From contig NC_068987.1 in NCBI RefSeq assembly GCF_001194135.2, positions 102,469,599 through 102,515,821 of the forward strand: a stretch of 46,223 bases of DNA. The letters are read 5' to 3'. A model generated the notes under the pieces. The model did not search any database and was not told the origin of the DNA. It saw only the letters and a list, made by a program, of their open reading frames with translations. The stretch comes from Octopus bimaculoides. Taxonomy: Eukaryota. The position numbers were made by a program, and so were the translations under genes. Position 1 is the first letter of the stretch. Every line of letters begins with the position of its first letter. Positions 11,879-24,180 of this stretch are shown here, piece by piece.

Positions 11879-12881
11879 AACAATGAGTAAAGCGATTATG
11901 TTATACAAGTACGCGAGTTGGCGGCAACCTGACTCTGAAATACAACATAATAGATAGAATGTAGATTGGAGTAATCTGTGTTAACATTAAACCTTACACG
12001 TATTGTATCTATACTCGCTAACTTATCTGTCATGAAGTTAGCGAACAAAAAAGAAACCTAATATAGAAAACAATTTGTTACTGATCTCAAACTCTATACA
12101 ATCCAAATCGCGCCTAACTAGACCAAATTTACAACGACATTTCAAGGGATACATAAATCCCTGTTGGTTATACGGCTATACATGGGATTGAATGCTTTAT
12201 AGGGAGTTTACGCTAAAATTAGTTTATATCTTTCCTTGAATTATGTTTGTTTGTTTGGTTGTTTATGAAAGGTCTTAGTTGAAACGACTAACACCTTTCG
12301 TTTGTAATATATCTTTCAGGTACATGCACGAAGTCTCTTGCATTGATTTCTGTTATTTATTTATTTGTATATTTCAATCACAAAGCCCAAAATGCAATGA
12401 AGGCGAGTATGAGAAAATGAACGTTATTTATATGTTAAGCTGCAGATGTAAATTGAAAGACCAAATTTTCAGAAGCAACTGACACTGTTGAATACACAAT
12501 TATAGCCTAATTGATTAGACTAATATCACACATTCACTTTCCCACCCAAGGGAAAACCGTTTATCTAGCAGATATGTAGCAGTTTATATATATATATATA
12601 TATATATATNNNNNNNNNNNNNNNNNNNNNNNNNNNNNNNNNNNNNNNNNNNNNNNNNNNNNNNNNNNNNNNNNNNNNNNNNNNNNNNNNNNNNNNNNNN
12701 NNNNNNNNNNNNNNNNNNNNNNNNNNNNNNNNNNNNNNNNNNNNNNNNNNNNNNNNNNNNNNNNNNNNNNNNNNNNNNNNNNNNNNNNNNNNNNNNNNNN
12801 NNNNNNNNNNNNNNNNNNNNNNNNNNNNNNNNNNNNNNNNNNNTATATATATACACACACACATATATATTACATATATGT

Positions 12882-12919
<38 letters not shown>

Positions 12920-13394
12920 ATGTGTGTGTTTGAGAATGTGATTCTAAACTGTTTTTTTTTTCTTATCTATTAAACATTCAAGGACCCATTACTATCAAAA
13001 TATACCTCGGTTTATTTTTAAATGATAGACACTTGGGAAATAAAATCTGCGATAATGTCTGATCTTTCATTTTGTTTGCTTGTTTTACATTTGTTTTGGT
13101 TGCTTTCGTTCGTGTAACTATTTATGGTCGTCAAAATGTATATTTAGTACCGGTAGTCAGTATGGATTATCACCCAATACCACATGTTTACCACGTGTTT
13201 ATTATATCAGCTATTAATCAGACAGAGTTGTAGCCACGAAGATAGACCATTGATTTCGTATTACTGACAATCACGGAGCAAAACCATTTTTATATTCAAG
13301 TTATTCAGTCTTCAATTTTGGTAATATATTGAGACAATAACCCCCAAAATGTACATATTTACCACAGTTATAATTATTTTCAATGCCATTTTTC

Positions 13395-13625
13395 TAGCTC
13401 AGCGAACGACATGTTTGAATCATTTCCGCGCCGGAGAAAATGTTTCGCACCCTTTCAGTTGGCATTTTGCGTTCTGATTTCAAATGCCACGGATGTCAAC
13501 TTTGCCATTTATTCTTTCCGAATCTTTAAAATAAGTACCAGTTGAGCACTAAGATAGATATAATCTATATTCACCTCTCCTCAAAACTGCTCGCCTTGAT
13601 CCAAAATTAAAAGAAATATTACTTC
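13395..13625 (+). mobile_element. Old, degenerate SINE family B copy
   Basis: gttctgatttcaaatgccacggatgtcaactttgccattt...aaataagtaccagttgagcact matches the reverse complement of the 23.65-23.87 kb copy. Confidence 0.7.
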
Positions 13626-16600
13626 CACAGCATCGTGCAACTTGCGACTGTGACTGCAAGTGTAATTTTATGTTTCTGATCAATATGCAGAATTTTGATG
13701 GAGAAAGGGTTTAGTGAGGTGTATGTAGCTAATACCATCTGAGATTCGTCGTGGGTTGGTGTTGTTCCTGTCATTGCTTTAACGATTCATAAAATATGCG
13801 ATATGTGATTTGTTATTATTCTTTCATGGTTATAATACAGCTTATATGTTACATGACCTATGATTGTTGACATAATGCCGATTGCTAGTAGGACACAATA
13901 TATACTGTGTAGGATTTTGTATATTTATTATTGCATAACATTTAAGTAGTAAGTATTGAGCAAAACACATCATGTGTGCGGAATGGGTTATATGTATCAG
14001 ATATGATAAAGTATCATTATATATTTTGTGTTACTTTATTAAGCAATGGTTGTATTGACAGGGCATATGTTTCATTGCCGAGGCGTAGGTTTCCATGAAT
14101 AATGGAGACCAATGTAAAATGCTCCATTTCTTTCTCTGACAGCAATTATTGCTTTCAACTCTATGAATTATATGCATTTTGTCAATACTCTTTTCTCCAC
14201 TTCGAGAACTGATTATTATTGCATTTCTTCCAAACCTTACACTTTGATTTGACGACTTTGTATCTAATTAGTTTGCTTAGGTTGTTAGTTGATGACATAA
14301 GATGAGATAAATAATTCTATCTGAAACTATATTCTATCAAAACGTAGAATATCTAGGTTTATAGTATCACATGTAGGCTCTATTTTTTAAAGACAGTAGC
14401 GTGTGAACTGCCGGAATATTGACTATAATAATAATAACAGTTTTATAATTAGTTGAGTTTAACAGTTCCATGTCCTGACTGACATGCCAACGACATAATG
14501 GCTATTCTACAGATGTTTACTAACTTTAGTCGTTTTAAAAAATTCGTTGTACAACATGGAATAGTATTGCCTACTCAATCGTTATATTTTTTCCACAATA
14601 AGGTTATTAATTGTGGAGAGATATAATCACTTGGTGAATCGCACTGGCGGTTCTCTCTAGAGATATACTGAAGATCTTAGCCGAGAAAAACTCTTGACAG
14701 TTTCGTAACATTCATGAGACAACATATCAGATGAGAATTCCATGAGCAATTCCATACGACATGCAAATGAAAAGGAAGAAGCAGAAGACAGGGGTATTCT
14801 TAGCTTGTTTTTAAAAGAACGCAATATGACATACCAAGTTATTTGTTCTTTATTATTTTTTCTTTATTTGATATTACCTGAAGAATTGCAAACTATATGA
14901 ATTAAAGACACATATGTACATATGTTAAGATATATACGTGTTTATATGTGTGTTTCTGTGTGTGTGCGTGTGTGTGCGTGCGTGCGTGTGTGTAACTAAA
15001 ATCTTGTGTTGCAAACAGCACCACGTGCAGTTTGATATATTACGACTGTTTTTTTCAAGTTGATGGCCAAGCCAAAATCATCACAAGCTGAGTCAAATGA
15101 AGATTTGCAGGCCTGATTCAGAAGTGACTAACTAGATCGCAATCATCGGCGTCTAAGTGTTCCCTAATGAGTGAAGTAAAAACCTTTCTTTTGAATGTCA
15201 GTCTTTGCTGGACTCAAATCTCATTTGCAGACCCATGAGAAACGTACCTTGACTCAATTATGCTGCCTATATATCTGTACACACCTGTCAATGCCGTGTA
15301 TGCCATAGGTCTGTAAATCTAACGGAAACTTCAAGAGACATGTTAAGATTCACAGACATCAGAAATTAATTACAGTTTTTGGTGGTCCAAATCAGATATG
15401 TAATTTATGTGGGTGTGTTTTCAAAACATTATCTAGTTTAAAAAGCCACATCAGACACCATGATAGATCTAAGGTGTAAGTGCTAGAGATGGTCAGATTC
15501 TGCGTAAGGCGTAGACTACCACAATATATAAATAAACACACACTCACATATAAACACTTACAAACACACACATGTACACATACGCGTGAGCGCCCACACG
15601 CACACACAAGTGTGTATGCATGTATGTTTTATGTATGTATGCGTATGTTTGTATTTATAATTTTCCTGACCGTCAACCTAACACATTTAGTGTTTTCTTA
15701 TCTCCTCTCTGTAATCTGCTTTTTTTTGTATCATTTATAAATGTGCGTGTGCGTGTTTCTATGCATCTGTATGTATGCATTTGAAGATATAATGCTAGAT
15801 AAACTTTTGAGGTTGACTATGGAATGCCCAACAAATCAAAAGAAAAAGAAGGATGACAGTTAAAGATAGAGAGACAGATATAGAAAATAGATATAGAGAT
15901 GGAAAATTCTATTTTTATATGTGAAATCAACCTACTATTCATGTCTCTTACCAGGACAACCACAAATCAGTTACTCCGGTTCAAAGCACACTTACTCAGT
16001 ACTCTATGATCATTTTTATAGCAATTCTGTCCAAATACATCCAACCACTATGTGTATTTTAACTTCGCTGAAGAAGTCTTAATACGTACATTTGTGTAAA
16101 TATTTTCATCACTGGAAACTTCAACCCACTACTGTCTAACGACAAATCGAATATGGAAGCTGGATTTTTTGCCAATCATTCCTGTCAACATCATTTAATG
16201 TACTTTCCTACCAGTATCCCTAGACAACAAACACAATGACTGTAGAAATATTTTTCTTATATTTTGTTTCACTTTTTAACACATTTGCAAATTATTTCTG
16301 CCACTATCTTCATCGGATTATCCGATTAGTTTGCCTTTCAAGGCAACACAATACTGATTACCGTGCATTATTATTAGAAGGCTGCATAATAAACACTGTT
16401 AAAGAACAAAATACATTATCATAACTCGTATACTTTGGAATATTGCGGACCTGTCAGTATTTGCATAAAGTGTTCTCTACTAATTTTACAGAAATCTAAA
16501 TTTTAATCTTAAATTCTTAACTTTATACGGAGTGTTCTTGTTAGGAAATTCTATTTTGCCTGTTGTTCCTTCAAATCTTCAAACTTTCCTCATGTAAGTA

Positions 16601-18311
16601 AGCTCCTCCGGACTATTTTTCCTCTCCAAGGTATTTATCACAAATACATGTGCTCAATTCTCACAGCGAAAAAAGTTGTTCGGATCGTGAGACAACGAAT
16701 GAGCGCTGCGTTGACATTACAGACATTATAGAATCAGCAGACAGCAACCAAGTCTCCGTCCAATCACGCTCGGCAATTCTCAAACTGGAGAAGAGATATT
16801 AGATAATGTAATTCTAGATACCTTTAAAGAGACGGGTGGATCATGTTTGGAACGGCTTTATCAAAATGACTGCTTCAAGATTAGCCTGAGTGTAAACATA
16901 CATGGGAACCACAATTTCTTCTTATGTCATTATCTCTCTTCCTAAAACTGAAAAACGCATTGAATAACATTGGACAGTCGTAAAGGAAATTGAATACAGC
17001 GCCAGATCTGGAGATAAACAGTAAGTCGAATGACAACTCCAATATCTAAAAGCCAACACGTTAACTGACTGACTGGTTCAAACAGTTCGCTGCTCTGTTG
17101 AAATACTCTGTAAACATCATTTTCCTTTTAGAATCCATCCAAATGTATGGAAATTGCGACATTCTCTACGATTCTCCATTCTTAAGCTCAACGTCTCTCA
17201 TCTACTGCAATATTGTTTTCATAATGTTCAATTCCAAGTTGACTGGATCCATTCGATTCAACAAATTGCCTCACATACTAGTTGCCACTCACTATTTTTA
17301 ACCTACAAACTTGCAACACTAAAACGAAAAGTGCCATTGCTATAACAATAAATCTAACTTTGCAGTCTTCCTCTCTATATGTCTATTAAAATTACAAAGC
17401 AGCAAGGCAGCCTCTCTTCGGCCTCTCAACATGCTGGAAATAACCCTAATACCCTGTCTTAGAGTATTACATTTTCTATGTCTAAAATATCCAATGTGTC
17501 TGGTCAAGGGCATACAGCCTTTTATCATTGATTTACTCAATGTGAGAAGACATTCGATTAAATAATGAAAGTAATATTCCTCCATTTAGATGCATTTGTG
17601 CATAAAATACTCAGTAAGCAGCTGTCGCTTTATGTATATCGCCTGTATGTCTATTTATTCATATTAGAGTGTTGTCGATTAGACGGAGTGTTCAAGTGGA
17701 CGTTTTATCTGCCCTACACATCAATAACAATAGTAAATATGAATAGAGGTGAAACAACCACTTTCCGGAAACAAATTGTATGGGAATTCTTATAAACTGT
17801 ACTAGTTTAAAAACAGGAATTTCAAATTCTTGCGACACTAGACCTGTTTATCGGGTGGCTCCATTTCAACGTACCTTATACAATATTGAATAAGTAAACT
17901 TGTTTCGTGTATGCAAGAGTACAGGTACATATGTTTCAGTTAACTATTTATGTAAATGTAATAATTGTTCGATTAAGACGCTGCCAGCACGGGTTCGGTA
18001 ACATCTGTAACTTAGAAAGATTTTGAATCAAAGATTCCAAAAAACTGATGTTATACCTGTATCACAATATATGAGACGATTGAGAATATTTGAGAGACTA
18101 TATCGATGACCTCACAAATTAATACTGTCTACAACGTAAAAAGAAGGAAAAAAAGCATACTAATGCGAATACATATATTTGCAAAGATGTTACTTATACA
18201 CACGAATATCCTAGTCTGCAACAACAAAATGGCTATCCAAGACACTGGTAAATACTAAATCAATACAAAACAGATAAAGGGCTCAATCAATAGCTGCTTC
18301 TTGTTTTGCAG

Positions 18312-18320
18312 ACAACAACA
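18312..18320 (+). other. Candidate 9-nt frame-preserving microexon ACAACAACA
   Basis: gctgcttcttgttttgcAG|ACAACAACA|GTGAGT: strong acceptor and consensus donor. No transcript evidence. Confidence 0.3.
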
Positions 18321-18667
18321 GTGAGTACTCTTCATACAAAGAAACGTCTCCATCAAGGATCAACCGTTGCTCATATGATGCATCATTTTGCAATAGCTCT
18401 CATATTTTCACTGCTAGACGCTAAACGCCAAATAAACATTATTATAAATCATTCATGAAGTGCGTGTGAGTGTGTGCAAGCGCGTATTTGTGTGTGTGTG
18501 TGTGTATGTGTGTGTATGTGTGTTTGTGTATGTGTGTGTGTATGTGTGTGTCCACGCGCGTAATTGTGTGTGTGTGTTTGTGCTGATCTACGTGTATTCA
18601 ACTCTTTGTATCAATATTTATCTATATTACAGATTTGTGAAGTTAAGGAAACTGTTTTATATCAAGA

Positions 18668-18668
18668 T

Positions 18669-18720
<52 letters not shown>

Positions 18721-18721
18721 C

Positions 18722-18754
<33 letters not shown>

Positions 18755-19009
18755 AAAGGAGAGAGAGAGAGAGAGAGAAACAGAGAGAGAGAAAAAAACA
18801 TAGAGAGAGAGAGAGAAAAACATAGAGAGAGAGAGAGAAAAACATAGAGAGAGAGAGAAACAGAGTGAGAGAGAGAGAAACAGAGAGAGAGAAACAGAGA
18901 GAGAGAGAAACACAGAGAGAGAGAAACAGAGAGAGAGAAACAGAGAGAGAGAAACAGAGAGAGAGAGAGAGAGAAACAGAGAGAGAGAGAGAAACAGAGA
19001 GAGAGAGAG

Positions 19010-19068
<59 letters not shown>

Positions 19069-19090
19069 GAGGTAGAGGCAGAGACAGAGA
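18668..19090. repeat. Long (GA)n tract with recurrent GAAACA/AAAACAT interruptions
   Basis: Read directly; source of the ERE/SLS ORFs in the track. Confidence 0.95.
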
Positions 19091-19379
19091 GTAAGAGGAT
19101 ACAGGATAAAGAGTGAAAATAATCTAGAAAAAAAGGAAAATGCAACCGGATTTTTTATTTTAGTATCTAAGTAATGAATTTTCTTTTGAGATCGAAAACG
19201 GTGAGGAGGCGAACCATAAGAACGGAACATGGAGGAAATGCAATGTAAAATAAATGCATGGGTTTGTCTGTATGTGTGTGTGGAAGGGATGTACTCACTC
19301 ATATGTGTTATACAGAGGGCCTGTATATGTAAACTCTATACCATAATGTATATATATATATATGTAGTGAAACTACCTC

Positions 19380-19651
19380 CCGCCATTAGATACAAACTAC
19401 TATCGCCATTACATACAATCTTCTCATTTAAATATAAATAAATGCGAGCGTAGTAGAGAACCCATTCCTTGTCCATCACGTGACTGATCATTATTCGAAT
19501 CGGCAACTTCTTCGAACCGTTCCCGCCAGAACGCAAACTGACCAATCACGGCCCCTAGTAAGGTCACGTGATAGAGTATATTTCTACCATCTGGTGAGCC
19601 AATAGTTTGTTATAAATAGCTTTAACTCGGCAGCCAAATTCGTCTCGGTCC
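19380..19651 (+). promoter_or_regulatory. Probable Pol II promoter (TATA, 2x CCAAT, 2x E-box, E2F-like, 2x YY1-like)
   Basis: CGCCATT at 19381 and 19404; ATCACGTGAC at 19475; TTCCCGCC at 19520; CCAAT at 19542 and 19599; GTCACGTGAT at 19563; TATAAATAG at 19611. There are 14 CpGs in 19441-19651 against a CpG-poor background. Confidence 0.65.
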
Positions 19652-20207
19652 NNNNNNNNNNNNNNNNNNNNNNNNNNNNNNNNNNNNNNNNNNNNNNNNN
19701 NNNNNNNNNNNNNNNNNNNNNNNNNNNNNNNNNNNNNNNNNNNNNNNNNNNNNNNNNNNNNNNNNNNNNNNNNNNNNNNNNNNNNNNNNNNNNNNNNNNN
19801 NNNNNNNNNNNNNNNNNNNNNNNNNNNNNNNNNNNNNNNNNNNNNNNNNNNNNNNNNNNNNNNNNNNNNNNNNNNNNNNNNNNNNNNNNNNNNNNNNNNN
19901 NNNNNNNNNNNNNNNNNNNNNNNNNNNNNNNNNNNNNNNNNNNNNNNNNNNNNNNNNNNNNNNNNNNNNNNNNNNNNNNNNNNNNNNNNNNNNNNNNNNN
20001 NNNNNNNNNNNNNNNNNNNNNNNNNNNNNNNNNNNNNNNNNNNNNNNNNNNNNNNNNNNNNNNNNNNNNNNNNNNNNNNNNNNNNNNNNNNNNNNNNNNN
20101 NNNNNNNNNNNNNNNNNNNNNNNNNNNNNNNNNNNNNNNNNNNNNNNNNNNNNNNNNNNNNNNNNNNNNNNNNNNNNNNNNNNNNNNNNNNNNNNNNNNN
20201 NNNNNNN

Positions 20208-20290
<83 letters not shown>

Positions 20291-20560
20291 GGTTGACAGA
20301 CAGACAGACAGATAGAAAATGAGCGGCAAGTGAATGTACAAATATTGGAAATATATATGTAATGCACAAATAATCACGGAAAGAAACAAGGAGAGAGAGA
20401 AGGATAGACAGAGGCTAAGAAACACAGAGACATTAACAGAGACAAAGAAACAGAGTGATAGAGGGAGGAAACAAGAGGGTTTAGAGAGATAGAGAGAGAG
20501 TGAGAGAGAGAGAGAGAGAGAGAAGGGGTAGAAAGAGAGAGAAGAGAAAAAAGGGTAAGA
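20208..20560. repeat. (GA)n/(GACA)n plus degenerate purine-rich tract
   Basis: Read directly from the sequence. Confidence 0.9.
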
Positions 20561-22825
20561 GATAGAGCTATGTAATGTGATGAGAAAGATAAAATTAGAG
20601 TACAGCTGAAGAAATTATTCTTGAGAAACACAATCAGATTTAAAAGCCAACGAAAATGCCTTTTGACAGAAAATATCTGCTCACTGAGTACAATTTCACA
20701 CCGTCCCTACCATAACCGTCATTCTTCTTCACCAGCTCACTCAACTTCAGCATTTCTGAAAACCAGCACCGGCACTGGCATCACCACAATCAGAACTACC
20801 AGCAATCAATGCCACCATCTTGTCGATTCGCTTGAGTTCTTAATACTGTTAAATTCTACAGATGCTCACGAAATTTTCTAACGTAGCCCCATCAACATCC
20901 ATCACACGATCCACCTTCTTAATATAAACACTACACTTCAAAACTAACTCTGCGTTCCACTCAAGTTTGAAATTTACTGGCAGGTATTCAAACTAACGGA
21001 TTAATATTTGTGTCGCATTAACGTCTAGTTAGCGTAATTTTTTTGCCGACTTACCAATTGAACCTGAAAATATTCCAGAATATTTGTAGTTACTGTATTT
21101 ATTTTCTTTTACTTCTCGATGTTGACTTTTTACCACAAAATATTTTTGATTAAATTACTTTTATATATGCGTGTGTGTGTGTGTGTGTGTATGTGTGTGT
21201 GTGTGTATGTGTGTGTGTCTGTGTAATATATTATATTATATTTGTGTTTCGTTCCCTTCTTTATTTAGTCGGTAGCTTGTTTGTGTTTCTTTGCTGTAGT
21301 ATTAAGTTTTTTCGTCTCTACACGACACAATCTTTTAAAGGAAACCGTTTACAGAATGGTGGTAAAAGTCACTTATTACCAATGTATTTGAAAATAATTC
21401 TTTGGCGAACTTATACTGCGTCTCAGTTAGAAGGTATATATGTGAGGTAGAATTATATAACTGTGCTTATATGAAAAATCTATTACACATTTGGAGGCTT
21501 TTACAAATTTCATATTATGATGCACTTACATGGAGTAAATTATATTCATATAAACTTTACATTAATACTGGGTAACAGCAAGTCACTCTGCAAGTCAACA
21601 AATCTTAACACTAGATTTTAAGTACTACGTTGTTGTCATGATCCCTTGTATTGACACATCAAATTTTCAAAAATCTTGTCTATCTGACAATCTCCCCAAA
21701 CTTCTCTTTCTCCCCCCCACTCTCTCTCTATCTATCTATCTACCTCTATCTCTATCTCTATCTTCCGGTCTATCCGTTCTATCTATATATTTACCTATAT
21801 GATAGATAGATAGATAGATAGATAGAGAAAGAGAGAATGAGTGAGAGAGAGAGAGAAAGTGAGAGATGGTTGCTTGCGTGTAGTTGACACTGTTTGCGCA
21901 TCTTTATTCATATGTTCCTATGAATAAAGATTTATATACATATATGTGCCTATAGTGTAGAAATGTAATGTTATTACTAGTTCCAATATGCGTGTGGCAC
22001 GTTTGGACTCATAACTAAACTATTCACCGTGTTTTGTCAAGGAGAAACTTTCTCGTTGTAGACAGAATAGTGTTAGTAACACAATATCAGTTGGCAGCGT
22101 CTTCTACTAAGACTGAGATACAAGCATTTCTGAATTATCTCCTCTTCAGTCACAGTCACTAGGCCCCCTGAGTTGTGTCAATGACCGAAAAGAAAATAGC
22201 TATTCTGAAATGCTTGCATGTCACAGTGTAAGTAGGTGACGCTGCGAACTGATGTTGGTTTATCAACACCCTTCTGTCTACAGCGAGATATTTTCTCTAT
22301 GACAAAACACAGTGAATGGTTTATTTACGACTCTAAACACGCATATTTGAACTGGTAGTAACATTACATTTCTACAATTCGTGCTTAGTGCTCCCCCTCC
22401 GTAATTTGCTTACGGTCAGCAACTGCATAATGTTATTTAGTCACCGTACTTTNNNNNNNNNNNNNNNNNNNNNNNNNNNNNNNNNNNNNNNNNNNNNNNN
22501 NNNNNNNNNNNNNNNNNNNNNNNNNNNNNNNNNNNNNNNNNNNNNNNNNNNNNNNNNNCGTAATTTGCTTACGGTCAGCAACTGCATAATGTTATTTAGT
22601 CACCGTACTTTGACTAAATAACAGAGCATACATATACTTAAATGTGTGTGTGTCTGTACATGTATTTCTGTGCATGTGTGTTTACGTGCATATGTGTGCA
22701 TACCTATGTGATTTATGTGTGCACTTGTGTGTCTCTTCTTCCGAATATATTTCGAAATTGAGCACTTTGAAGTAATTTTTCCACGACATGTAGCTTCATT
22801 TTTCTGGATAGGGAATTCATTTGTT

Positions 22826-22975
22826 ACTATCTATCTATCTAGCTAGCTAGCTAGCTATTTATCTATCTATCCATCTACCTACCTACCTACCTACCTACCT
22901 ATCTATTTATCTTTCTACCTACCAACCTACCTACCTACCTACCTATCTACCTACCTACCTACCTATCTGTCTCTC
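22826..22975. repeat. Compound tetranucleotide repeat (CTAT)/(CTAG)/(CTAC)
   Basis: Read directly from the sequence. Confidence 0.9.
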
Positions 22976-23651
22976 TATTTATCTATCCATCTATTATTTG
23001 TTTATTTATCTATACATACATATATACATATACTCATATACAAATAAACACACATAAATTTATATATCGGCGTGTATGTGTTTGTGCGTGTACGCGCGGC
23101 CGTATGTGTATTTATTTGGGTAGTATCGTTACTTTACTAATCATATAGATAATCCTGTTGAGTTGTGTTTTTAATCTCCTGCTTAATGCGAGATGTAATT
23201 CATGTAAACATTGCGTTAATCAACGGAAGACTTTACACCCTGTAGAATTACGTATATTGTGCACTATATTTGCAATTCTTTACTTTTGTTCTTTATATCA
23301 TAGTCTCAAGTGATTTATAAGTTATATGAAGATTAGTTCAGCAATTTTAGTGAATGCTTTGCCGCTAATTATGATGTGCATTCTGGGGTATTTCTCTTCA
23401 TCGCAATACTCCGTGTTACAGGCGTTTGGGTCATGTCTCTGACCTGAGGATAACTTATTCCCACATCTCTCACTGGTTGATAAAAGCTGCACGGGCACTA
23501 ACTAACGGCTTTGTAGAAGAATATAAGTATTGTACTATCAGACGTAAAGTTACATAGTCCGTAATTGTCACATGAGATATAAAAGCCGCATGGTTATAGG
23601 TATTTCAATACCTGCATCTAAACATAACACATAAATATCTATTTCGTTATT

Positions 23652-23870
23652 GCCCACAAGGTGCTAAACATAGAGGGGACAAACAAGGATAGACAAAGGT
23701 ATTAGGTCGATTACATCGACTCCAGTGCGTAACTGGTACTTATTTAATCGACTCCGAAAGGATGAAAGGCTAAGTCGATCTTGGCGGAATTTGAACTCAG
23801 AACGTAGAGGCAGACGAAATACCGCTAAGCATTTTGCCCGGCGTGCTAACGATTCTGCCAGCTCGCTGAT
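23652..23870 (-). mobile_element. Near-complete tRNA-derived SINE family B
   Basis: Minus strand has an A-box-like TGGCAGAATCG and a B-box-like GAGTTCAAATTCC, then CCTTTCATCCTTTCGGAGTCGATTAAATAAGTACCAG. That last segment resembles, from memory, the conserved central domain of MetaSINEs; unverified. Confidence 0.85.
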
Positions 23871-24180
23871 AAATTTGTATATAGGCATTTCATTATCTGC
23901 ATCTAAACTTAACAAATAAATATTTTTCTTTATTAGATCTGAAATTTGGGGGAATCAGTGCTAATCGATTACAACTCATCGATTTCTTAGTTGTTTTTTT
24001 TTTTTNNNNNNNNNNNNNNNNNNNNNNNNNNNNNNNNNNNNNNNNNNNNNNNNNNNNNNNNNNNNNNNNNNNNNNNNNNNNNNNNNNNNNNNNNNNNNNN
24101 NNNNNNNNNNNNNNNNNNNNNNNNNNNNNNNNNNNNNNNNNNNNNNNNNNNNNNNNNNNNNNNNNNNNNNNNATAAGTAA

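Noticed and set aside
17098-17585. Short ORFs with faint LINE-like words (ILKLNVSHLLQ)
   Set aside because: Too weak to assign without a search.
19508-19530. Possible heat-shock element (TTC..GAA..TTC..GAA)
   Set aside because: Spacing is 3 nt, not the 2 nt required for nGAAnnTTCn arrays.
20621-20881. 86-aa Ser/Thr/His-rich ORF
   Set aside because: Looks like degenerate CAC/CAT/CAG low-complexity DNA. It could be UTR, but I see no support for coding.
22400-22611. Exact 53-bp direct repeat either side of an N gap (22400-22452 and 22559-22611)
   Set aside because: Identical copies abutting a gap indicate unmerged overlapping contig ends.
23327-23443. Short signal-peptide-like ORF MKISSAILVNALPLIMMCILGYFSSSQ..
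   Set aside because: Stops after 38 codons with no usable donor; hydrophobic runs are common in T-rich DNA.
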